Source: Eledone cirrhosa (taxonomy: Eukaryota). From it: a stretch of 64,000 nt of DNA. The position numbers were made by a program, and so were the translations under genes. Below, one piece after another: positions 1 through 13,036 of the stretch. The notes below the pieces were generated by a model, which worked only from the letters and a program-made list of their open reading frames with translations, did not search any database and was not told where the DNA came from. Where the stretch lies: assembly GCA_964016885.1 (NCBI GenBank), contig OZ024743.1, forward strand, positions 69,936,001 to 70,000,000, written 5' to 3'. Position 1 is the stretch's first letter; every line of letters starts with the position of its first letter.

Positions 1-36
<36 letters not shown>

Positions 37-197
37 TGTGTGTGTGTGTATATATATTATTTTATATATTATATTAAATGTTATATAAAATGTCATAATA
101 TCATAAATATTTATTGTATAATATTTGATCATAAATTCTCTCCCGCTCTCTCTTTCTATCTCTTTCTCCATATATATATACATATTCTCTCACTCTC

Positions 198-271
<74 letters not shown>

Positions 272-470
272 TATTACAGGTGAGATGTAATTAGTTAAGA
301 CCAACAGACCATTATTCAACCTAATAACTTGGTATTTAAGAAAGGAAGAGTATCTATAATATTATAAGAATTCTCTCCTCTGCAGTTAAGTTTATATAAT
401 GTTCCTTGTTATTGAAAGTGTTTTTGAAAGCGTAGGACTAATGCAATAAAACACACATACACACACACAC

Positions 471-550
<80 letters not shown>

Positions 551-719
551 TTGTGTGTCTGTGTCTGTGTATGTGTATGTGTGTGTATGTGTGTGAGAGA
601 AAGAGAGAGTGTCCCTGGTTCAATCGAGGGAAACACAGTAATTAAGGTACTCAGTACATTAGTAGAGTGTATACAACTTATGCTGTAGAGGCTAATTCTA
701 TATTGAATTTATTATATAT

Positions 720-908
<189 letters not shown>

Positions 909-1052
909 TATTGAAAGTCAGAGGAATGAAGAGTGCTCTATGTAAGTTACAGAGCTAAATATTTAATGTATTATAAACAATACAGTATAAATATACCAAA
1001 ATACGAATTTACTCGTAAATTGTAAAAATGATAAGGTTTTCGAAATAGAGGT

Positions 1053-1090
<38 letters not shown>

Positions 1091-1885
1091 GGGGGGGGGC
1101 GTGAAAGAGACACAGTGGAAGACTCTACCTTCAGTACTTGACTGATAATCTTTTTGTCGTCTTCGGAAGGATGAAAAACGAAGTTGATACCGGCGTGAAT
1201 TGAACTGGAAGAATGTAGAGTTCGGAAACGAATAACGTAAAGCTTTCTTCCAACGTTCTTATCACCTGGAACATATATTATTGAGCCCTTTATGCTGAAG
1301 CTATAACAGCCAGTGTCAATTGAATACATTTTTAAATAATAGACCAAATTATACAATTGCCAGAAACCTCGATATCTAGGGAGCCTCTAAATGGGTGATC
1401 ATTGCTAGAAAAAGTACCAATATTTCCTTCAAATCTTACCTTAACCTTTTACAAACCTTTTCAAGCAATGGAGCGAATTATTCAATCGCCAGTAACCAAG
1501 ATATCCAGGAAGTTTCTAAGAGAACAATCAGTTGGTATTGCTACAAAACGTACCAATATTTCTTTCAAACCTTACCTTATTGTTTTACACACTCATATAA
1601 AATATAATACACAGTGGACAATAATATAGGAATGCCTTTAAGTATAGGTCAACACAGTCAGGGATGATTGAGACTAAAAGAAGAAACAAAAACTAAACAG
1701 AAACCAATTTAATATAATAAACACAACAGACACATCACCCATAAAAAAATGAAGCAAGCTACACATAAATTGTATTATATGAAAACTGTCTATGAAATAG
1801 ATAAATATATTATCAAAAATCTCATTAAACAGAACAGAATATATATTACACACAACCGTAAAATGGCATTGAAGTTGTATATATA

Positions 1886-1971
<86 letters not shown>

Positions 1972-1992
1972 CACACACACATGCACACACAT

Positions 1993-2027
<35 letters not shown>

Positions 2028-2903
2028 ACAGAAACAGGAAAACAAGAAGTATCTATATCTATGATAAAGCGCAGTCTGTGTGGCTTTATACATAATACAT
2101 ATATTCATTGTTATCTTCAAATTCCTCTTTAATCTTGCCTGTTTTAAACTGTAAGCTACCTAGCATTCTAGCAGAGGCGTGTAACTATATTTTCTCAGAA
2201 TGACTAAATGAGAACGTGTTCACTCAAAACACTAGAAATAGCAAGCAAATATTCCTCAAATTACACTTTACTGCCCCGGAAAATAATAAGAGATTCAAAG
2301 GATTATGTAGATAATATACATAGACTAAAAATAATCGGACGATATTGTTTGGAACGTTTTCCTTCATTGATCTTTTCAATCAGGTTTGACTTGGAAATTT
2401 AAAGAAAATAATATTATGGCAGTTAACAGACTTCAAAATATAAAACTAGGTAGAAAAGGATATTTTGATAACAGAACTATCATGTCTTAGGCAACGAAAC
2501 AATGTGATAGTCACTATGCATTAGTTAGGGTGGAGAAAGTTGTCATCAATTATCTCTCAATTTAATCTTTGTCATCTTTACAAATGGCGAGTATATTGGA
2601 TGATGTAGTTATAGAGATATTAACAGTCGTAATGGCCAGGGCTGCAAAGTTTCTGATCTAAAGACTTCTCGATCAACACTGAGTTATGTTAAACAAAAAC
2701 ACAATAACAGCAAATAAGATAACCACCTTTTCTTTTTCTTGCTCTTGCATGATGATACTGAGGTCAACCTAGGACAGTCACTCCAGTGACATCATCGTAC
2801 GTAGAACCGAAATGATGATAACGCTGACATTTAGAATAAAACGGAGAGGTCACGGCTGGAGAGCCATTGAGCATAAATCTCATTTCAGAGCTGATCTACA
2901 TTT

Positions 2904-3076
2904 AATTATTTCTACGTTTGGCACAAGGCCAGTAATTACCTCAGTGAATTACTGGTACTTTATTTTATCGACCAAGTAAGGATGAAAGGCGAAGTTAACT
3001 TCGGCGGGATTTTAACTCAGACCATAAAGGGCTGTAACTCTTTGCAGCAAAGCATGGCGTCCGACTCTCTACCGAT
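2904..3076 (-). mobile_element. tRNA-derived SINE (same family as 9981)
   Basis: Reverse complement of the ..aaatcccgccga..tttcatccttac..cgataaaataaagtaccagt.. body. Confidence 0.85.
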
Positions 3077-3702
3077 CATTTAATGAGCAACAACTCGCTT
3101 CTATATAATACCCCAACCCAAGCAGCAAAGTAAAGGAATTCAGGCATTTGACATTATATAAATAAAATAGGAAGGAAAGATCAGATTGTGTAATCGAGTC
3201 GAGGAAACTCAAGTTCCATTGATCGTTCCATTGCTATTAATGTGTGTTGTGGCCATATATTTTTCTTTTGTTGTGAAGTGGTAATATTCATAATCCTACT
3301 TCAGAAGATATAGCGCAAAGTGTCCATTTTGACACTTTAAATATACCGATAATTTAACAGTTTAAAACTCGTTAATGTTGACTTTGAAACGAGAAAAGGG
3401 GTTTAGATGGATACCTTTTAAAAAGTTGAAAATTTCTCAACCTATTCTAACTGAAAGTCAAAGATGCACTTTGATGTATGTTGTTACACGTTGTAACATT
3501 TTAATCTCATATCCACCACCATACATACACAACCTGCTTAATATTACTCCACATTCATCACTCCAGCACTCAATCTCTTCAGTTATTTCCACTGTAGAAA
3601 ATATATTTCTCATCAGTAAACAATCCAACCATTATATATATATATATATATATATATAAATGGAATAGAATGAAACGAAATTTCATTTCTCACTCTTACA
3701 TA

Positions 3703-3758
<56 letters not shown>

Positions 3759-3785
3759 TATTATATACGAATATATATATATATA

Positions 3786-3901
<116 letters not shown>

Positions 3902-4030
3902 TCCACCAATTTAATGGTAGGGTCCAAGCCGTATGAAGAACTCAATGTAATCCGTATGTAGAAGATGTCGTGAAGCAAAGTTTAAAATACAAAATTTCAA
4001 CGATATAATTCATTGGAAGCAGAGTCAAAA

Positions 4031-4425
4031 TAATACAAATAATGAAAACAATGAAATTAAACAAAATACGGTTAATTCTTAGTAAAACTCATTATTTTAC
4101 GATCGTTTCTGGGGGGGGGGGGGTAGTTCTCCGTATGTTCATTCTATTAGTGATCTATGTAAAATATATTGCAAATTATCAAAGTAAGAAAATATACATA
4201 CGTTTTCCCTAGCCGCCGTCTTCAGAAATAATAATAATATTTCTAAAGACGGCGGCTAGGAAAGACGTATGTATATTTTCTTACTTTGATAATTTGTAAT
4301 ATATTTTACATAGATCACTAATAGAATGAACATACGGAGAACTAGCCCCCAGAAACGATCGTAAAATAATGAGTTTTACTATGAATTACCCGTATTTTGT
4401 TTAATTTCATTGTTTTCACTATTTG

Positions 4426-4430
<5 letters not shown>
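4031..4430. repeat. Fold-back inverted repeat (about 200-bp arms)
   Basis: Arms are symmetric about ~4230 (ctagccgccgtctt / aagacggcggctag). Ends in (TA)n. Confidence 0.9.
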
Positions 4431-4482
<52 letters not shown>

Positions 4483-4539
4483 TATATATTATATAAGAAT
4501 ATATATATATATATATATAAATATATATATTATATAAGA

Positions 4540-4585
<46 letters not shown>

Positions 4586-4587
4586 AT

Positions 4588-4620
<33 letters not shown>

Positions 4621-4718
4621 ATATATATATGTGTATATATATTAAATATATATATATGTATATATAGATATGTATAAATAAATAAATATATATATACATA
4701 TATGTATATATGTGGGTG

Positions 4719-4774
<56 letters not shown>

Positions 4775-4779
4775 AAACA

Positions 4780-5005
4780 AATGCAAGTAGACGTTCAACC
4801 GCATAGGTAAGAAAGGCATATTTTCTTCTTTCGTTCGATATCCTTATCCAGAAAAGCGGCAGGTTATCCCGATATTCTATAAATCTTCCTAGAAACACAG
4901 CGGATGTTACCATTTTTTCCTGATATATATGGAATATCCTTAAGTCAACCAGAGATTTCTTGGTAAATTGAATAGTTTCTAGTTCAAATATTGCACCCAG
5001 AAAAT
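4780..5005 (+). pseudogene. Highly decayed PLE endonuclease fragment
   Basis: ..[22 protein letters not shown].. resembles the TxLSxYIWxLK..FxIxWxI segment of the other PLE copies. Confidence 0.45.
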
Positions 5006-5043
5006 GATATATACACACAAATAAAAATACATACGTACACTCT

Positions 5044-5094
<51 letters not shown>

Positions 5095-5158
5095 TATATA
5101 CATGTACACACACATATATATATAATTATATATATATATATAGTTTTAATATAGATGA

Positions 5159-5207
5159 GATTCTACAGGACTAGAACTGTTTCTTACTTTAGAAATCATC
5201 AGGAATC
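5159..5207 (-). ncRNA. Minimal type I hammerhead (PLE pLTR family A)
   Basis: gattc-CTGATGA-tttctaaagtaa-GAAACAG-ttctagtc-CTGTA-gaatc. Confidence 0.7.
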
Positions 5208-5707
5208 CCGCTATCCAGAAATAAATGTGGTATTTATAGGTCTTTTCGGGTGGTAGGAGAGGGTGGGGAGTGGGATGGGCTGAGGTCATTGGTTGATAGA
5301 AAAGGGAATTCATTAAAGGCTAATTCTTTAAAGCTATAAGATATATTTAGAGTGACAAAGGCAGAAAGAATTCTATAAACAAATTCAGATTGGGGTGTCA
5401 CTCCTTATTTTTAAGTTTCTCTTACGCCTATATTTCAGGTGTCTATAAGATCGTTGGGGGTCGGTCATGGTTGATGGATTTAAAGAAAAGAGAAATTCTT
5501 TACGAGCTAATTCTTTAAAGTTCTACTTAGAGTGACAAAGGCCAAGAGAATTCTATAGACCAGTTCAAAATATTGTTTGCCTATCATATCACTATCTTCA
5601 AGTTTCTCTTAAGCTATGTTCCAGGTGTCAACACACACATTCACAAACACACACACACATACACACAGGCACCCCCCACACGCACCCCCACCCCACACAT
5701 AAATATA

Positions 5708-5756
<49 letters not shown>

Positions 5757-6177
5757 TGGCTTCCAACTCGTTTTCGAGTACGGCCACTTCTTTATATCCA
5801 TGTAGGAGAACTCCTACGGATGCGCTGAACGAGTGTGACTTTTTAGTCCAGCCAGCGACTTGAAAACTCTGGTACAAACACTACACCTGTGACAATTATT
5901 GACACACAGTGCTGGGCCCATGGTACCATGTGACGACAAGTGCAGAGAGATCTCCAGATATAAAGCAATGCCTGTGCCGTGAAGCTTTTCTAGTGAACAA
6001 AGCCAGTCCCACTCTCTTAACCAAGATGATATTTACCAAAAAGAAGAACAAGTTAACATCATTGGATACCATCAGGGTTGCAGGTGTTATATCAGAGTTT
6101 TCCTTCTCCTAGAATTTTGCCTTGACAAATATATATATATATCACCGGGAGATATATATATATATATACACATATAT

Positions 6178-6232
<55 letters not shown>

Positions 6233-6299
6233 CATATACATACACACACACACACATACACACATATATGCATATACACATACATATATACATACATAT

Positions 6300-6338
<39 letters not shown>

Positions 6339-6345
6339 CACACCC

Positions 6346-6377
<32 letters not shown>

Positions 6378-6457
6378 CTACCACCCCACTCTCAAGAGCG
6401 TGAAACTAATAAACCTTTGTTCGTACTGCCTCTCTGTTTTGTTCCCGTTCAATTTTT

Positions 6458-6552
<95 letters not shown>

Positions 6553-6747
6553 TATATACAAACACATACAGATATAGATATATATGGAACGTATCCACGT
6601 ACTAAAGTATCGTCTTCCTGTCTTCTTCCGGTTGCAACGTTTTTTTGAAATATTCACTTCTGCGTTTCACAGATTGACTTTGTTAGATTCAGAAGATCCG
6701 GTTAAGGGTGAAAGCAGCGATTATTTGCTTAAACTTTTATCTGTTAT

Positions 6748-6792
<45 letters not shown>

Positions 6793-6874
6793 TGCACACA
6801 TACATACACATACACATACTTATATACATACATATATATATATATGTATATAAGTATGTGTATGTATGTGTGCA

Positions 6875-6917
<43 letters not shown>

Positions 6918-7682
6918 TGTTATACTTGGGGAGGGTCATATTTGCGTAATATTGCCAGAATTAATAACAGAACACACTCACTGTTTGGTTGGTTTTCGCT
7001 TCTCGCTGTCTTTTATATCTGCGATCTAACTTACTCGGTCCTCAATGTTGCCATTGACTGACCGACGGTCAAAAATAATACAGACACAATATAGACAGAA
7101 ACACATATATATAGTTTACATAATTTACATAAATCTTTCGTTGCACATCTGCAACATCGTCAGTGGTGTTATATTTTTTCCTCCTGTTGTGTTGTATGTC
7201 TACGCCATTTTTTATTCAGTCTGTCTATATATTTATTTATTTATTTGCTTGTTTGTTTATTTTATTTTGTCTTCTTTGCGCATGCGTTTGCGTGTGTGTA
7301 TAGTGTTATGTGTGCTGTGTGACTAGTGTGTATAGTGTTGTGTCTGCTGGGTGACTAGTGTGTGTTTATGTGCTTGTTGTTATTGTGCTTGTGTATGTAT
7401 TTATTTATCTTATTTTATTTTATTTTATTTATTTACTTATTTATACTTCTCTTAGTTCAGTGTTGTTTATTTGGGTGTTGTTGTTGTTCCACTCATTCTT
7501 TCTGTTTAGCTTTGGTCTTCTAATTTCTATTTCACTGGCCTCTCTGATTTGCCTATCTGCTGGGTCATTCCTATGTTTAGATATTATTCTAATTTCTATG
7601 TTGTCCCCAAGTATAACAATATCTGTTTCGACACACGATTTCATATAAAAAACCTCGCTAAACTATATATACACATATATAC

Positions 7683-7755
<73 letters not shown>

Positions 7756-7809
7756 GTGTGTGTGTATATATATAAAATGTATATATATATATATATATAT
7801 ATATAGATG

Positions 7810-7860
7810 AGATTCTACAGGACTAGAACTGTTTCATTCTTTAGAAATCATCAGGAATCT
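7810..7860 (-). ncRNA. Minimal type I hammerhead (family A)
   Basis: agattc-CTGATGA-tTTCtaaaGAAt-GAAACAG-ttCTAGtc-CTGTA-gaatct. Confidence 0.78.
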
Positions 7861-8375
7861 GGGTATCAAAAAATAAGTATGGTATTTATACAAGTGGTAG
7901 GAGAGGGTGGGGAGTGGGATGGGTGTAGGTCATTGGTTGATAGAAAAGGGAATTCATTAAAAGCTAATTCTACAAAGCTATAGTTTATTTTTATTTTTAT
8001 TTTTATTTATTTTTGTTTTTAGAGTAACAAAGGCAGACAGAATTCTATAAACAGGTTCAGGATGGCATGCCATTTCTTATTATTAAGTTTCTCTTAAGCT
8101 AACAGGTGTCTATAAGATCAGAGTGGGGTCAGTCATGGTAGATAGATTTAAAGGAAAGGGAGATTCTTTAATAGCTAAAATCATTAAGGTTCTAGTAAGT
8201 GACAAAGGTTTAGAGAATTCTGTAGACAAATTCAGAATATTAAGTGCATATCTTACAATTATCCTCAAATTACTCTTAAACTATTCAACTATATGCCAAA
8301 AAACAACAGACACATTCACAAGACACACTCACTAACACACTCGCGCGCACCCATAAACACACATACACAGACACA

Positions 8376-8413
<38 letters not shown>

Positions 8414-8457
8414 TGACGAAACATAAGTCAATTGCATGAAGTCATAATCCTTTATGT

Positions 8458-8513
8458 ACTGCTATATATATTTCGATGACAGGTATTGAATGGCTATGAC
8501 CTCATCAGGCAGT
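8458..8513 (-). ncRNA. Minimal type I hammerhead (family B)
   Basis: actgc-CTGATGA-ggtcatagcc..catc-GAAAT-atat-ATA-gcagt. Palindromic loop 3. Confidence 0.72.
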
Positions 8514-8790
8514 TAGTCAGTTCTTAGATATGCCAGCTCTGTGTTTATAGTAATGATGGTATCAGAGCCTTGGGACATATGTATATATATATATATATAT
8601 TTATATATATACATATATACATATTCACACATATATATATATGTACACACATACACACATATATATACACTCACATATATACACACACATATATACCGAC
8701 GAGTCTTGAACATTTTCCTATTACCCACTCTACTACCCATAGTATTGAGTACTCTGGCGTGATATAGTCCACCTGGTTCCTTACCACACT

Positions 8791-9328
8791 TCTTTCTTCT
8801 CATGTTTTTTATACATATTTACCTCGGCTGCGTTTGTCTTTTTCTCTCTTACTGCTTCCCCGTTCTCTCTGTTTCTCTCACCTTTCGCCCCCTCTTTTAG
8901 TTACACTTTCTCTCGACTGACCTCTTCCTTGTACTTCCACTCACTCACTCTCTGTTTATCTCCTTCTTACTTCCTCCCGTTTGGCTAGTAGTGGGGTCTT
9001 TTCTTGCTCACATCTCACTCACGTCGGACGGTCTGTATATCGATCGCTCATGAAATCCACCCAGTTTATGCTGACCGGGGAACCATGTTGCTTGTTTATT
9101 TTCCTATCTTCGTTTTGCCCTTATCATTCTATGTTGTTTACTTGTCTCACTCGCTTTACGCGATTTACTTGTCCCAATAGCTTTTTTTAGTTATTGCTCG
9201 CACCAACCTGAGGTATATGATTTTTAATGCGATGAAATATCAATGATGGTTGGCAAATCACTGACGAGGGACTAATTTTTTCATATGTAACCCATGTGCA
9301 ACCACGCAGTATTCTTCTTTCTTCTCAT

Positions 9329-9331
<3 letters not shown>
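8791..9331 (+). mobile_element. Non-coding pyrimidine-rich retrozyme-like monomer (family 1)
   Basis: Terminal redundancy ttctttcttctcatgttt at 8791 and 9313 (period 522). Homologous to 24062-25055. Carries the permuted HHR and ends in (TA)n. Confidence 0.65.
9198..9272 (+). ncRNA. Non-circularly permuted hammerhead ribozyme candidate (family 1, copy 1)
   Basis: GGTAT-A (9212-9217) pairs with GAA-ATATC (9234-9241). TGATTT (9218-9223) pairs with AAATCA (9255-9260) directly before CTGACGA (9261-9267). Extra helices CCAACC/GGTTGG and TCGCA/TGCGA. Confidence 0.72.
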
Positions 9332-9416
<85 letters not shown>

Positions 9417-9421
<5 letters not shown>

Positions 9422-10216
9422 TTAACTTAAAGCAATTAAACAACACTACAAAACAAAATATTTTGGTAACAGATGGGCAGAACGTAATATCTGCCTCCCA
9501 ACCACTAAATGGGAGACGGGTATTACATAACTCACCTGTACTGCTATCACAACCTATCCATGGTATACCCGCTACCCACAATAAAAAATGTAACTGCCAT
9601 CTACCTGAAAGATGTCCATTGAAGAATGAATGCCAAAAGTCCAACATTGTTTACCAATGCACGGTTGAATCGAACGACCAGAAATGGTATTACATCGGAT
9701 CTACCACCACCTCGTTTAAATCTCGCTGGTACCGTCATCGATTCTCAATCAAACATCCTGATCACCGTTTTGTGACCACGCTCGCCAACAAAACCTGGCA
9801 ACTCCGTGAACGCAACCAACAGTTCACCTTAAAATGGGATATACTTTCCAGCGCAAGTGCATATCGGAGTGGATTGAAGTACTGTAGGTTATGTAACCTT
9901 GAACTCTTTTACATATTAAAATCCCAAAATAAACTACTTAACGATAGAATCGAACGATCATTATACTGTAACCACAAACTGGTGGATTGGCAGTATTGGT
10001 AGAGGGTCGGACGCCATGCTTTCCAGCATAATTACGCCCCTTTACGATCTGAGTTCAAATCCCGCCGAGGTTGACTTTGCCTTTCATTCTTACGGGGTCG
10101 ATAAAATAAATTACCAGTAATACACTGGGTAATTGCTGTCCTGGTGCCTAAAGTAGAAACAATTATACTGTAACCACAAACTAAAAGCTAAATTCTCTCA
10201 CTATAAAATAACTTAA
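9417..10216 (+). pseudogene. Penelope-like element ORF C-terminus (Cys-rich linker + GIY-YIG endonuclease), 5'-truncated, interrupted by a SINE
   Basis: CNC..CPLKNECQKSNIVYQC..WYYIGSTTTSFKSRWYRH..TTLANKTWQL..CRLCNLE..LLN..C.H. Removing the SINE restores RSLYCNHKLKAKFSHYKIT* (stop at 10216). Confidence 0.9.
9981..10161 (+). mobile_element. tRNA-derived SINE with 21-bp target-site duplication
   Basis: A-box-like tggcagtattgg and B-box gagttcaaatccc. TSD attatactgtaaccacaaact at 9960-9980 and 10162-10182. Confidence 0.92.
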
Positions 10217-10708
10217 CATTCGAACCCGTAACTATAACATCGCTTTCTAGCTAATCACCTTCTCTTCCCCCACACTACAAGACAATACCCTGCTTATCAG
10301 TATAAATGGTAACTCAGTGCAATTCGCGGATTACTACTACGAACCCAAATTCAGCTACCCCATAGACCTCGTCTGTCCTCTCTCTATCTCTCCCTCTATA
10401 TCCATTCCACTCTCTCTCTCTCGCCTTTGACCTACCTCCATCCCTCTCCACATCTATGAACCTGCCCTCTGGGGCAATAAATAATTCCAACCTTGACTAT
10501 CAACGCATCTCTCTAAAAGTAACCAGTATAATAAAACACCTACCATAACATTTTGATTAAGATATCTACAAACTTCTCTCTCCTATTTCTCCAACCCCTG
10601 CATATCTTTCTCTCTCTCCCTCTCCCCTACTTTTCTCTCTTCCTTTTCTACTCTATCTTCTCCAATAACCTCACTTAAGGGTATTTACATTGTACATTTT
10701 AACCATTC

Positions 10709-10820
10709 TGCTCTGATGATACAGTGGTCACAGCATTTGATATTTGAGTTCTGCAAATAGTTGATAATTTGCACATAGCATAACTAGGCTGTACTACCAC
10801 CGTGGAAACATTTGTAAGCA
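10709..10820 (+). ncRNA. Type I hammerhead ribozyme with long stem II, in PLE 3' pLTR
   Basis: tgct-CTGATGA-(about 85 nt stem II)-GAAAC-attt-GTA-agca. Stem I tgct/agca. Lies downstream of the GIY-YIG ORF. Confidence 0.8.
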
Positions 10821-11019
10821 CACGGAATAAATGACCTTTTTTATGATGTCTACCTGTTATTATTCATTCTTTATCTATATACACTCCGGAATGCAGAAGG
10901 ATCAGGAACTAAGTTTCCTCAACAATTCTTCCATAACTCGTTGAGTAACCTCTCACCGTACGTCAACCATATCCAGTGTAGTAATTAACCATTACTACAT
11001 CTAGGATAATCCTATACCT

Positions 11020-11154
<135 letters not shown>

Positions 11155-11281
11155 AAAGTTCTATTTAAAATTGTTGGGATACAACAAGTAAATATTTTAT
11201 AACTGATATAAAGCACTCGACAAGTTTTTGGAGTAGATATACGATATTAATAAATGGAAACTATATTTATAAAACCATATT

Positions 11282-11470
11282 TATTTCATTATACATATTT
11301 CAGGGATACCAAATTAAAATATGGTATGCCTTCATCAGACAAAATAAATAATGGTTGCATTTAATAGGGTACGTCAAAATTATTTATAAAACTGTTTATA
11401 TATTGTATTTTGTCTGATGAAGGCATACCATATTTTAATTTGATATCCCTGAAATATGTATAATGAAATA
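11282..11470. ncRNA. Inverted pair of type I hammerheads (11282-11346 minus; 11406-11470 plus) in a fold-back PLE fragment
   Basis: tattttgt-CTGATGA-agg..cct-GAAAT-atgt-ATA-atgaaata occurs in both orientations. Confidence 0.75.
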
Positions 11471-11494
11471 AATATGGTTTTATAAATTTATAAT

Positions 11495-11561
<67 letters not shown>

Positions 11562-11753
11562 TATTGCGAGGTAAATATAATATATTCTATTCCTAGAAGA
11601 GATGTAGAGTACTCAATACGAACTTGTCTAGAGTACGTATTCTGCATCATGTATGGAAATAAAGTGCAGACATATGCACATACACACATACAAAATCATG
11701 TATATATGTACACACACACACACTCACACACACAAACACACACATATATATGC

Positions 11754-11795
<42 letters not shown>

Positions 11796-11884
11796 ATATG
11801 CTATAGTGTATGTGTGTGTGTGCGTATCTGCACTTTATTTCCATACATGATGCAGAATACGTACTCTACACAAGTCACATGTAC

Positions 11885-12019
<135 letters not shown>

Positions 12020-12059
12020 TGTGTGTCTGTGTGTCTGTGTGTGTGTGTGTGTGTGTGTG

Positions 12060-12660
12060 TCTGTGCTGCATGACCTTTAGCAAAAGTTTAGTATTCATTG
12101 CCTATGTTCACTAAACTTCGATTTACATGAATCTAAGCCAGTATGTTGCCCTGAATTACAGGTACGGGACTGAGTGCTATGTTGTCAAAACTTAGTGTTT
12201 ACATGAGTGTGAATACGTAAATAAGCTTCCGTAAATATGTCACAATAGGTTTCCAATCTCGGGGTTAACGGAATGTATACAAATATGTTTCCACATAGGG
12301 TTAGCATAATGAGGGCCAATATGATGCCTTTACTTAAGGGTATGTAACGGTGTGCCATTATTGCCACAATTTAGAGTTACGTTGTATAGGTTTACCTGAA
12401 TGTATGTCACTTTGTTGCCCTGATTTAGGGTTAGATTAATATATGACAATATCATTTCCCAGCTAAAGGTTACATGAATATGTGCCAATATATTTGCATG
12501 AGCTAGGGTTAATTGAATATGTGTAATATGAGTGTAATATGAGTCAATATATTTCTACGTGTTAGGGTTAACGCAATATGTTCCAATCTGATGCCAACGC
12601 TAAGAGTTACGTGGATGTGTGCCAATAGTTTGTCACGATTTAGACTCAAATGAATGGGAG
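12060..12660. repeat. Degenerate tandem repeat of about 41 bp containing ttagggtta
   Basis: Recurrent ttagggtta..gaatatgtgccaatat-like units. Confidence 0.6.
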
Positions 12661-13036
12661 ACGATATAATTTATGGTGACATCATTGAAATTCATGTGGA
12701 GAAAAGTTATAAATGAGTTGCAACATCACATATTTGACAATTTCATAGGCATTTTAAGTGGTAATAATGTTGGAGAATATAGCTTCTACTAAGTTGGTAG
12801 CCGTGGGATTTCAGGTAAAACAAAGCTGTACACCATATATCTAGGATGTCACAATATAGGTCACTAGACTGTGTTGTCATTGCAATAACTAAAAGTGATT
12901 GGCTGAACATTGGAAGTTGAATTGAGATTTGATAGATGGAAATATATTTATGTGAAACTCTCACACTTCAAGTGAAATCTCATGATGATGTCTAATTTCG
13001 GAAAAAGGCGAGCACATTTAGGAGAAAAGCAAAGTT

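Noticed and set aside
9981-10070. tRNA gene
   Set aside because: A/B boxes belong to a multi-copy SINE head; no cloverleaf is supportable.
12060-12660. Interstitial telomere
   Set aside because: Only single ttagggtta motifs within a longer degenerate unit; no (TTAGGG)n array.
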